DNA from: a virus | Virus record (IMG/VR): IMGVR_UViG_3300003690_000003 | Span: 106,862-170,861 of that record | DNA: 64,000 nt | Reading direction: 5' to 3' (one strand) | Shown: positions 11,501 to 19,421 of the stretch, in pieces | Layout: each line of letters begins with the position of its first letter | Position numbering within the stretch: the first letter of the stretch is position 1 | Made by a program: the position numbers and the translations under genes | The notes under the pieces: model-generated | Seen by the model: only the letters and a program-made list of their open reading frames with translations | Databases searched by the model: none | What the model was told of the DNA's origin: nothing

Positions 11501-14500
11501 CCATAGTCTATAACTCCACGGTTGCGCCAAGGAAGTGCGTTATATACTGACTTCTCTTCGTGAGCGGGATCCATATAGCCGCGAGATGAGACATCCCAGC
11601 CACCAGGAGCATTAAACCTGTTAACTATAATAGACTGGTTAGAGTTTGCGCCGGTACGCGTAGGAAGGGTATATTCTAAGTTGCCCCCCACATTTTGTGT
11701 AAGATTTCCAAAGGAAGGAGAGGTCTTTTGTATAGCACTAGCTGGGAGGCTCTCAGGGGTTCCATTATGAGCGCCCACCTCATCGATCAGCGAGTTTACA
11801 CCAAGACTGTAGCTCGTTGAACCATCGGTGGCGTCATTGGCATTATCTCCGAGTTTCCACCAAGATATAAGATTTCCACTGGCGGCGGCAACAGTCTGTT
11901 TCAAATTAAGGCGCGCACCGTTATTATATATTTCGGTAACATGATCTTGAGAAAGTTCTTTTCTCCAAACGGCAGCATCACATATATGACCGAGCCATTC
12001 ATCCTGAACACCGGTGCCGCGGGCGCCTATAAAACATTCCATGCCGCTGATTTCAAGCGGAGCGCTAACAGTGTCTACCAGGTTGGTATCCAGTGTGCCA
12101 TTAACATATAATTTTTGTGCACCGGTGGTGTCGCCCTCAAATGTGGCCACAATATGCATCCACACTCCCGTTGTAATCGTACTTGTATTTACTTTACCCG
12201 TATCGACGCTGCCAGCAATAGTAAACTCAAAGCGGCCCGAGTCGCCAGTATCCCAATAAAGACGTCTATCTGAATTTGAAAAATCAAAAATGCGGTCATT
12301 GTCACTAATACTAGGATCTACTTTTACCCACGCTGAAAGGCTGAATGCTTTCGCGCTGCCCCCGGCGCCGCCAATCTCCGCTGCCCAAACCGTGTCCGCC
12401 CCAATCAAAACCCTATCGTCGGTGGTCTCACCCCCAAAATATACCGAATGAACTTCAGGAGTCTGCAGCGGGAATCGACCTCTCGTGGCCAAAGTCTCAG
12501 GATACAACGCAAAGTCAAACGACTGATCTTGGAAGAACGGATCATTAATGCTTCTTCCAGCGGTTTGTATAATCTGGTAGTTCTTCTGATAGTTTCCTAT
12601 CCTGCTATGCATTATTGTCCCGGACATTCTCTGGTTCAGAGAACCGGTTGTCATCAAGATATTCTTGATATTAACTGGACGTTTGGTGCCAACATTCCTC
12701 TTAAGATTGGCTTTTGGTCGATTAAATAAGTATGGAGGGCTTACTGCCGGCGAATCTTCTTGTGGGTATTGAGGGCCTACAATACCGAGGGCGCCCACCT
12801 CGGCGTCGGTGGCGGGAGGAAAGATCCGGCCACCGGTCCAAAGTCCTAATAGAAGCTTAAATCCTTCTGCGCGGTCGTCGGCGTTATCTAAACCACCACC
12901 GAGGGGATCGCCCTCCCGATGTGGCCTTGAACTAGAAACATTAAGCTCAATATGACGGTGTTCGCGGCCTCCTACAAACTTCTCAGTAAAAGGTCCCTGC
13001 ATTGGAACTTCATAGTCGGGCCCATAAACATCGGTATGTAGATTGGTTAACTGTACGCTTCCTGTAAATCGATTAACTATTTGGAGATTGTAACCGGTGT
13101 TAACTGATGAACTATATAAACTAAACGGCGCTATTAATTGACCGTCATTGGTTGTAAAATATGGAGAATTGGCGGGCTCTTTGTTGATAAATCCCATACC
13201 AAAGCCGAGTCTTCTCTTAACTCCCGGGTTTAAATTATCGGAAATATTTTGCCATTTCTCAACATCGTCTCCAAAAGCTAGCATTATATTAGCAGGAATA
13301 TTGGTACCAGGAACTCTTGGGCCGGCTGGATATGTTGCTGCATAAACCACGTCACGCTGTTTTTTGCGAGTATAGTTTACGCCACTACGAATAGTCCGCA
13401 GCTTCTTAAAACTATTCTCTATAGTAAATCTATAAGGGGTCGATTTTTTTCTATTACGAACAGACTCTGTTGTCTTAAGAACCATAGTCCGGCTATGATT
13501 GACGCTTGCAACTGAAGAACTAACAGGATTTAATGTCGTTCCCTCCATACCGGCATATTTTGGATACCTCTCTGCCATCTGCAGCCAATAAGTTGCATTA
13601 ACACTTTGTGAGAGTACTGTGGGGGGAGGCCCTGTGATAGGGGTGAGTATCGGATGGTGAGCGTACTTCCAGCCCGGGCTTAATGGAAGCACCGTTAAGA
13701 GAGGCCCGATGGGATCCGAGGGCTTCATTTCTAAAGTGGGGAACTTGTGTTGATATTTATCGCGCGCTAGTATGTGATTTTCCACCATTATTCGAATGCC
13801 ATCTGCAAAATCTGCAGATGCCGGTACCAACTGTTCAATCATCTTACCCAAAGAAGTATCAAACCATTTATAAAACTCAATATATTTATCTAAATCGGGT
13901 GTATTCTCAACGCGTTCAAAAAATAGCTCTCTCAGCTTTCCTAACCGTTTATATTGAGGACGATATTTATTAACTGGCTCTCCAATAAGATTGTTAAAAT
14001 CGACAATGGAACCAAATATATTAAGCATTTCCTCTGAAATGGTTTGATACATGCTCTTTTCGAATGCAAAAAAGAAAGTAATTGGACGTGATTCCCGTGT
14101 AAACTCAAGATCGTCTTGCGTGGTCAATACTTTAATCATGTCTTGAGCATAAAGATTCTCGGGCAAATTCTGTTTTGCCGAAACTAAGTAATCTACGTCT
14201 ACCACTTTAACAGAACTAACCGGGAATCCGTAACCTCGGCCGGTATGTTGAGCATTTAATATATTCCCTAATGCCCCGTAACGAGTAGTTTGAAGTGCTG
14301 TTGAACCAGAAGAAAAGTCTGCCACCACAAACTCTCCAGAAGCATCTGAGCCGGTTACCTGTTCAAAATCCCAGTTTAGTGCCAAAGTTTCTATTTGTGG
14401 AACTTCGAAATTGTTTTTACCATCCTGGAACACATAGGCACTTCTGTAGGGATGCAGCGCGCCATAGTTTTTAACATCTCTTGCGTGGGCTTTAATCGCA

Positions 14501-17500
14501 TCATTCTCTAAATAATCCAGCCAATATCTGCATGCTGCCATCTTAACATCCGACTTGGCTAAAACAGATCCAGTAAAGTTCTCAACATGAGCGCCCACAT
14601 ATACGCGCTTTGACCCCGTCATAAAACCATCCGGAACTTCAGATTGAAGTAAAGAACCGCTTACACTAAACTCATTTAATATTACATCAGCATCATACTG
14701 CACTCCATATAGCTCAACAATCCAGCTATGCGAAGTAGCATCGCTTCCGGTTACAAAATCCATCTCTGGATAGGTACTGGGACGTACGCGGACTGCTAAC
14801 GACCATTTGCTATTATCATAAACCTGTTCAAATAACGGACTTGTCAGGACAGAACCGGTTATACAGCCGCCAGAACTGGCGCTTAAAACGAACCTTGCAT
14901 TATTATCGCCAGCCGCTCCACGTGCGACAAAGACTTGGAAGTTAGTCCTGTCAAGAGAGTTCCAAGTTGTTTCATCCGAGAAGAGTATTTCGCTATCGAC
15001 TGCGGTATGAACTCCAAATATAGAGGCTGATACTTCAGTAAAGTTCTGAGTTGAATATAAATCGCTCGCTTGAGCGAACTTCTTAGGGAATAATACTTCG
15101 GCTTCTAATGTAAAAGCATAACCATTTGCGAGGAAGGCCCCCCCGGTAATATAATTTACTGAGTTGCTATTGGCGTTAGAAGCGTTTTGAAATACCAAAG
15201 AAGAAAAACGATCTGTGTGATTAAAGTCTATCAGACGATCACGTGATTCCGCCATCGTTGTATTATCACGAAGTTCATATTCTATATTGTCTCCATATAA
15301 GCTCAGCTTAACTACTTCTTCATCTATTCCAAAACAACGAACCAGATTTCTAAAACTTTTTTCAGTTCCCTTGGACTTATAAATGTGAATCAGATTATTA
15401 TAAATGTTCTGATATATCATACTCTTAATGTCAGTAAGAGATTTTACAAAAAGCCTATCTTCGCTTCTATCGGCTAGCTTTTCTAAAACGTCTGCGTCTA
15501 GAAATAACTCTGGAGAGAGTAAGCCGCGCGCGTCTAAAAGTCTATTACTAAAAATATTTGGTTTGTCGGATCCGCTAACATACCCAAAATCTTTAATGGT
15601 ATTAACGTTTTCTATCTGCAGTTGTAGAGAGTCAAAATACATCGCACAAATTTGTGTTAAGTTTTTTAATTCATCGCCACCCTTAGAATCTTCTTCCTGA
15701 ATCCAAGTGGGAAACATACCAAATAAAGACGAATTATTAGTATGATCGTAAACAGATCCGGAGGTTTCCAAAGAAGTTAATACGGCTTGGACCTCTGGAT
15801 GTGAGGGGTACAAAATAGGATCTCGGAACTCAGTGGCTGCAGCTGAAGCCGATACAATGGCAGAGCCCGTATTTCTAATAGCGGAATAGTATGTCGCATC
15901 GCGTGTCCAGGCACCGTTGGTCACGCGGCCTGAAAAGTCTAGAATAGTTAGGTCTTTACTTTCAACCCCCGTAATACCTTCATTGAACTTATAGTATACT
16001 CCCAAATCGGTATTTGCCAGGTCAGTGTTAGTACCCCCTCCCACTTGAGTAAACCAATAACGACCAATATCCTTCGAACTTCTTTGGGTCTTCCAATAGC
16101 GAAACTCGTCTAAAGAACCAGAAAGTTTACCGGCGCCGGCGGTGACGGTCGACGGTGTCGTTGTACCCGATGGAGCAGTTCTAAGGGCGCCTATATACGC
16201 CGCCATAGAGCCGCTAACCTTGTTGAGCCCAGTGGTACCTAGCAAAAGCTGCTGTTCAAAATCGCCATCAACATAAAATCTAGAGGTGATGCCGGCAGAT
16301 GCTGACTTAAAAGTAAATGCATAGTGATGCCAGTTTCCATCAGCCACTGATGCGGCGATAAAAGTATTCGTAGGTATCAACCCAGAACTATAAGTTAAAC
16401 CAGCCGGATCAAGTTGAATAGTTGGAAGAGTCGTTGTGGCCGCAGGAGTCATATGATCCGTTCCAATCTGATCATAAATTGCCGAATTTGTGTCTCTTGA
16501 GCCATCGCCCATTCGCCACCAAGAAATAATATTTGACACGTCAGAGCGCTGGCCTAAGTTTGTTGGCTCCCCGCTGTTGTAAAGTGCAGTAACTTCGGCT
16601 GAACTTAGTACCACCTTCCAAACACTTACCTCGTCTATATAACCGGTAAAAGCCTGATCCTTCTCTTCGTCGTTTCCTAAGAAAGCACCATAAGTAGAGA
16701 TAGTACCCCAATCATTCCTGGCCGTATTATAGCTACTATTAAGAGTCTTAACCACACCATCGACATAAACGATTGCTGTTTCTGCCGGACTCGTAGCGGC
16801 GTTTCCATCATATGTTACAACTATGTGATGCCATGTATTATCACTAATTGCATTATTGTTAGTTCGATTATTTAAATTGGTGCCGGCGGTGTCGGCATAA
16901 ACTTGAATTCTATTGGCATGACTGATGGCGACCCTAAAATCATCATTCCCTAGGGTAAAAATCCTATCTGGTGTACTGCCGCCGCCGTCCGCGGTTTTGT
17001 ATACCCAAGCCGAAAAAGTGATTCTCCTGTTCGTGAGTGCCGTATTCCATGTTCCGGCTGAGCGCGTGCCGCCCAATCTAGCCGTAATATCACTATCGCC
17101 GCTAAATAGCACCCCCTTGGGCGCTGCTGTCACAGCTGACGCGTCCACAAAGCCCATCGTCCCGGACATCATTGTTAGAAGGAAGGGACTCGTTCCATCA
17201 TCGGAACCGGTTAAATCAATTCTAAAACGACCATAATCTGCGCTTGATGAGTTGGCATAGTTCCAAAGATCAAAAATAACCTCTTTTCCGGTATTGTTAG
17301 TCGTATCAAACGCATCCTTTTTCAGCCAAAACTCTACAGATGTCCCATTGGTTAAATCAAGTTCTAGATTTGATTCTCTATTATCCGCCGGCGACCATAT
17401 ATTAGCCGGAGCGGTACGAGGGACCGTGCTTTTAAGATGAGGGCCTCCGTAAAGGCTAATATATTCAAGATCTTCTGGAAGACCATAGCCATCAACTATA

Positions 17501-17874
17501 CTTCCGTCACGATCGCCCCATCCACCATAAGAAAAGTTAATATATCCTGTAGTTCGTGGATATCTCTCTTCAAAAACGTATAAATCTACATATGAAGAAC
17601 TATTTTCCCAGCTAAGTCTCTCATATAAAGACCCATCATAAGGATAGGCCTTATAAATATTTCTTACTGCGTCCCCATAATATTGTTTAGCAGACCCATA
17701 TCGCGCAAAGTTTTCAGGTTTTGAATAATCAATAGGAGGTAGATAGCGGCTTTCTTTAACAATGTCTGCGTCGTGATAGTTAACTGATTCTACATCAGCG
17801 CCTACACTTTCTTCTGTTCTGTTTGTTAAAGATTTAGCAATCGAAATCTTACTAAATAGATCTTTAAGACTCAC
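5578..17874 (-). CDS. giant baseplate wedge-like protein (gp7/GpI-type motif) with multiple LamG/concanavalin-A-like domains
   Basis: 4098 aa; IYKSKGTEKSFRNLVRCFG wedge motif (~15330-15390); LamG signatures (FSxSxW, WHHxVxT, LYxDG, IDEVxxW, LxSWWRMGD) repeated at least four times; downstream of gp6 and gp25. Confidence 0.75.
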   Translation of the reverse strand: MSLKDLFSKISIAKSLTNRTEESVGADVESVNYHDADIVKESRYLPPIDYSKPENFARYGSAKQYYGDAVRNIYKAYPYDGSLYERLSWENSSSYVDLYVFEERYPRTTGYINFSYGGWGDRDGSIVDGYGLPEDLEYISLYGGPHLKSTVPRTAPANIWSPADNRESNLELDLTNGTSVEFWLKKDAFDTTNNTGKEVIFDLWNYANSSSADYGRFRIDLTGSDDGTSPFLLTMMSGTMGFVDASAVTAAPKGVLFSGDSDITARLGGTRSAGTWNTALTNRRITFSAWVYKTADGGGSTPDRIFTLGNDDFRVAISHANRIQVYADTAGTNLNNRTNNNAISDNTWHHIVVTYDGNAATSPAETAIVYVDGVVKTLNSSYNTARNDWGTISTYGAFLGNDEEKDQAFTGYIDEVSVWKVVLSSAEVTALYNSGEPTNLGQRSDVSNIISWWRMGDGSRDTNSAIYDQIGTDHMTPAATTTLPTIQLDPAGLTYSSGLIPTNTFIAASVADGNWHHYAFTFKSASAGITSRFYVDGDFEQQLLLGTTGLNKVSGSMAAYIGALRTAPSGTTTPSTVTAGAGKLSGSLDEFRYWKTQRSSKDIGRYWFTQVGGGTNTDLANTDLGVYYKFNEGITGVESKDLTILDFSGRVTNGAWTRDATYYSAIRNTGSAIVSASAAATEFRDPILYPSHPEVQAVLTSLETSGSVYDHTNNSSLFGMFPTWIQEEDSKGGDELKNLTQICAMYFDSLQLQIENVNTIKDFGYVSGSDKPNIFSNRLLDARGLLSPELFLDADVLEKLADRSEDRLFVKSLTDIKSMIYQNIYNNLIHIYKSKGTEKSFRNLVRCFGIDEEVVKLSLYGDNIEYELRDNTTMAESRDRLIDFNHTDRFSSLVFQNASNANSNSVNYITGGAFLANGYAFTLEAEVLFPKKFAQASDLYSTQNFTEVSASIFGVHTAVDSEILFSDETTWNSLDRTNFQVFVARGAAGDNNARFVLSASSGGCITGSVLTSPLFEQVYDNSKWSLAVRVRPSTYPEMDFVTGSDATSHSWIVELYGVQYDADVILNEFSVSGSLLQSEVPDGFMTGSKRVYVGAHVENFTGSVLAKSDVKMAACRYWLDYLENDAIKAHARDVKNYGALHPYRSAYVFQDGKNNFEVPQIETLALNWDFEQVTGSDASGEFVVADFSSGSTALQTTRYGALGNILNAQHTGRGYGFPVSSVKVVDVDYLVSAKQNLPENLYAQDMIKVLTTQDDLEFTRESRPITFFFAFEKSMYQTISEEMLNIFGSIVDFNNLIGEPVNKYRPQYKRLGKLRELFFERVENTPDLDKYIEFYKWFDTSLGKMIEQLVPASADFADGIRIMVENHILARDKYQHKFPTLEMKPSDPIGPLLTVLPLSPGWKYAHHPILTPITGPPPTVLSQSVNATYWLQMAERYPKYAGMEGTTLNPVSSSVASVNHSRTMVLKTTESVRNRKKSTPYRFTIENSFKKLRTIRSGVNYTRKKQRDVVYAATYPAGPRVPGTNIPANIMLAFGDDVEKWQNISDNLNPGVKRRLGFGMGFINKEPANSPYFTTNDGQLIAPFSLYSSSVNTGYNLQIVNRFTGSVQLTNLHTDVYGPDYEVPMQGPFTEKFVGGREHRHIELNVSSSRPHREGDPLGGGLDNADDRAEGFKLLLGLWTGGRIFPPATDAEVGALGIVGPQYPQEDSPAVSPPYLFNRPKANLKRNVGTKRPVNIKNILMTTGSLNQRMSGTIMHSRIGNYQKNYQIIQTAGRSINDPFFQDQSFDFALYPETLATRGRFPLQTPEVHSVYFGGETTDDRVLIGADTVWAAEIGGAGGSAKAFSLSAWVKVDPSISDNDRIFDFSNSDRRLYWDTGDSGRFEFTIAGSVDTGKVNTSTITTGVWMHIVATFEGDTTGAQKLYVNGTLDTNLVDTVSAPLEISGMECFIGARGTGVQDEWLGHICDAAVWRKELSQDHVTEIYNNGARLNLKQTVAAASGNLISWWKLGDNANDATDGSTSYSLGVNSLIDEVGAHNGTPESLPASAIQKTSPSFGNLTQNVGGNLEYTLPTRTGANSNQSIIVNRFNAPGGWDVSSRGYMDPAHEEKSVYNALPWRNRGVIDYGRTGSVPGDPSISGTIHVVDQIDYARGLNQRSTLHSGRFGVEVGVAASSSASGIRKYGLTQVAYSNLPSWNKMNRNPKRVIKEAPVGAGYFNGSTSYVEAGIASDWTSLVGGLGNAALPFSVSLWLRLPTLPGSSSKVWAFGVQRYMNIYSTGLLKFFGNNSSGVTVLNATALTTNRWYHVVITYNGGSDNGGDETATIYLNGVNDNDTVANSSTSGQIIKGLTIGSRDSGTANTNAYISNFAVWSKVLAAAEVKSLYNNGVVVNIKETLPTSLQAWYRFNSYAGDTNASVDNQMGLIGSSAASASLATDLVLQHAHAPKRFEALAAGGVSWPTYQTNTYDNAYVTHQIPQSDRQYAWITGSLLPTAKVYGYDGLTSYAYLQNSSSMFFDDTNDYIDIGTAVTWNSLIGGSGTSAKPFSISLWFNSADWSSYQQLIHFGIYGRALYTNSSDGIRFQIDGSDSNGRIKTGTAYLNDNQWHHVVATFEGGDPAGVSLGGMKLYLDGVDRTTSAGFQLDNPAAIATENGTIGVELDAPGGYFDGNIDEVAIWNTELSANQAEEAYNNGTAKNFKQHSAAASLLSWYRMGDGRGDSATMIIDQIGGHNGTVNGAVASDLSIDGSRYDGPFHYKLEDQFVSASDFGCTVRGPAGGAYPLWFPLYRWGATRKTVAAGGYPFYGPNFAGLNTVLKDPLTASQNTLGFPLNTDILSTLNGQQRVKLFYPSQSDAIETQYANRNAEDFGYIEGFIYDGTGEAAAGTYGQGAGTAQMFNALMLHRNGPYGWPTFRQIQAGPHSHPLVREQRKNNRLTVRTLPTIVNRATGVRGLKGNEIVSYIEPPIGSQHKVMTHTLVSTNRVVDNDRNVTFIDQSLIYNHSFANKVDYFANIELTNRYNLKLDTKRGDLYFNRLNELLLKDTAGNTENSPFENIDKVLVNYKQTVYPAAKNAGLNRNRRRVNYSISNIWNNNRTLRGYAGSQVDLPMSPTGAALNASIWPLDGHGYPSPGTTADTNFQDTLSSNPLSGSGLLQNCFSGFDQWGEGNITASCMYTQRCMIGISGAAGDGGAPTSFNTNNPRANFPGDAEYQVAEQAGKKPYLTYDQYCENLRLIGKDYSIVPEFRISEQMDYYLNTAAEDFWAPNNSFLDLTGSSIADSSENNFFKVYSNSDFMRFFSVVDETYDNKSLVNGDIMKKDKLALRCSGLVKFLPYKGLSSSYGPFMKCTAAACGNDDEATSPDWAGGSRLPKRGGGRITSDFMETKAAFRAFVEPLAGPGILYNTIKSGIGVSNYILRSIWDGYIRDYLGHTVGRDVQYSARSQTKQIGGANCPRAGSDDFGEYYGWKGLLPLNPSASYSTLVDETGYYYYMHKLPFEALLHPVQHMSTRILAPIQVPAADDPNPAANYDNFNAGYIFDRGVGSGSISSSYGHLASNPTNPTLANCMNAVRWPGDGLKNYELAIDNFVCETVDFFQTGLKSFKSSREDQFREVKSGSVYGMKVSLNRTQQSIIGAASPAQTQLSKQVADTTIFTMYNRASGFGRPMSASFEGTANIPSWVHVTPPYYDGEAVATILFKPQYDGKPMLADIFSNSEITYQRSGEYLSPDASTNTIFLNDPDAKQRFAAMQISASVDLTREVTAIIANTTTATKRWLIQTKFETPVLNFAAVSASTPLTPTAAAHSGDLLATKGMWHQKGAICQGREGIFISLTDPGHIESSPNGDANYNVQSLLDVVGFSPVVKRIGSITDAKVVSEAVVAVPFTIALDGRRKFYRFSKHQRNGAIRILAGQQTQVQVKPDVLKICKALKDYVFPPKFDFVTTETGRETIDPFVMFVFEFTKKFSQQDLADIWQNLPPETSGESLQAREATIQHSLLAEDFFDSDQRQISEHMRWMVFKVKRRAKSNYNKYKATGLTDDLSTVPNSIDSPYTYNWPYDYFSLVELVKMDMGIQYASSESVEDVEAAQDLADQAAADAAQGALNLLG

Positions 17875-17879
17875 TTTTG

Positions 17880-19421
17880 TTACCCTTCCTCAACCCTAAA
17901 CTTAAATTCTTCTGACTGTTGGACCCAGTCCTTTGATGAATCATTATAGTAAACGAACTTTAGACCATAAGAATAGCCGCCTTCTAATAATGACATGTTT
18001 AAATCAAAATAGTTTCCTGATACATCATAAGAAAGATAAGAATATTTGGTACTGCCAGTTCCATATGGAATCACATTAAGATCGTCTACTACCCGGAAAA
18101 CACGATAAGATGCGCTTACAATCGTTTCATTAGGAATAATCGCTGTCGCTACACTATAAATGGAATCATTTATTGCCTTTGGACGTACATAAAGTCTAAA
18201 CCTGGCTGTCTCACTTCGGATATAACCATCCTTAAGGTTGGATATTGCAGTTACATATTGGGTCGATGGCGCATTATCATAAGCCACAAGGGTTTTTGGA
18301 GCAACGGAGCCAGTAAAAAGTTCAGTAGTCCCATCATGCCATACATCGTAAAGCTGTGTTAAAGTACCTGTGGCGGCAAACGATGCTGAGTATATGCCGG
18401 TTTTGTACCATCCTCCAGTCACATTGATATCCAAATTGGCCGCGACATCCCCTCCAACTGGAAGTGCTAACTTAGAGCCCGCAGGGGCTGTTGAACCCGA
18501 ATATAAGCTAAGCAGTATTGTTCCGGTTCCTACCGATGGAATGTCAACGAGGCGCCCTCGAACATAGTTATATAAGTATAAAGTATTAAGATTGTCTGTT
18601 GCGGTGGCTAGAGAGCTGCTATAATAAAAGCTACCGCGGTTATCTTTAACACGTGAGTCCCAGCGCGCCTCTAACACCGGGCGCTTGAAGAAAAACTCTG
18701 AAGATCTTGCAAAAAACTTTTTAGTATAGTAGGATTCAGTAGCTCCCACAGTATTTTGAATAAGGCCACCGGTTGTATTAATCCCCGTAGAACTTGAAAA
18801 ATATGCTTCCTGACTAGCTGTAAGTCGCACACTGAGGCCATAATTATCATATTCACCGCCGGACTCGCCGACTATCCAGTTTTCTACGATTTCAGAAATA
18901 TCTATTTCTAGATCTTCATAGCCATTCGGGAAAGAAGCATTATAGGTTGGAGCGCTCAAATAATCGCCACCTACCGTGGTCCACGCGCCAACCTTGCCTC
19001 TGCGCATCCAGTTCGAACCACTATTATCATAAGTGCGATCAGTATACTCTTCCATATCTAAACCAACGCCTTCTTCCCAAGAAGATGAGATGGGTTCTAT
19101 TACCAGATTAAATTGGCGAGGCAACGTATAAGCATGCCGAGCGTTATACATTCTTAGATAAAAACTTACACTCCCGCTAGCAGGAATGGTGCCCGCTGTT
19201 CGATCTGTCGAAATCGTCGACACTGGAAACTCAATTATGGTGCGTGTTAATTCTTGGGAAAGCCCATCCGATCCGGAGGCTTCACCATAAATAGAAAAAA
19301 CCTCTACTACATCGGCCATTCCCATATTAGACCCCGTTCCTCTCTGACTTTCCAGCAAAGAAGACTTAAAGGCATTTGTTATAGTATTATCTTTATTAGC
19401 CGTATAACGCTTAATAGCCAT
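17880..19421 (-). CDS. DNRLRE-type (carbohydrate-binding-like) virion protein
   Basis: 513 aa; SSSWEEGVG...GSNW...WTTVGGDY and IDISEIVENW...NYGL...RPVLEARW pattern typical of DNRLRE domains; lies between gp6 and the wedge protein. Confidence 0.55.
   Translation of the reverse strand: MAIKRYTANKDNTITNAFKSSLLESQRGTGSNMGMADVVEVFSIYGEASGSDGLSQELTRTIIEFPVSTISTDRTAGTIPASGSVSFYLRMYNARHAYTLPRQFNLVIEPISSSWEEGVGLDMEEYTDRTYDNSGSNWMRRGKVGAWTTVGGDYLSAPTYNASFPNGYEDLEIDISEIVENWIVGESGGEYDNYGLSVRLTASQEAYFSSSTGINTTGGLIQNTVGATESYYTKKFFARSSEFFFKRPVLEARWDSRVKDNRGSFYYSSSLATATDNLNTLYLYNYVRGRLVDIPSVGTGTILLSLYSGSTAPAGSKLALPVGGDVAANLDINVTGGWYKTGIYSASFAATGTLTQLYDVWHDGTTELFTGSVAPKTLVAYDNAPSTQYVTAISNLKDGYIRSETARFRLYVRPKAINDSIYSVATAIIPNETIVSASYRVFRVVDDLNVIPYGTGSTKYSYLSYDVSGNYFDLNMSLLEGGYSYGLKFVYYNDSSKDWVQQSEEFKFRVEEG

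Noticed and set aside
9680-17120. Diversity-generating retroelement acting on the LamG repeats
   Set aside because: The repeats are diverged throughout, no near-identical TR/VR pair was seen, and there is no reverse transcriptase in the window.
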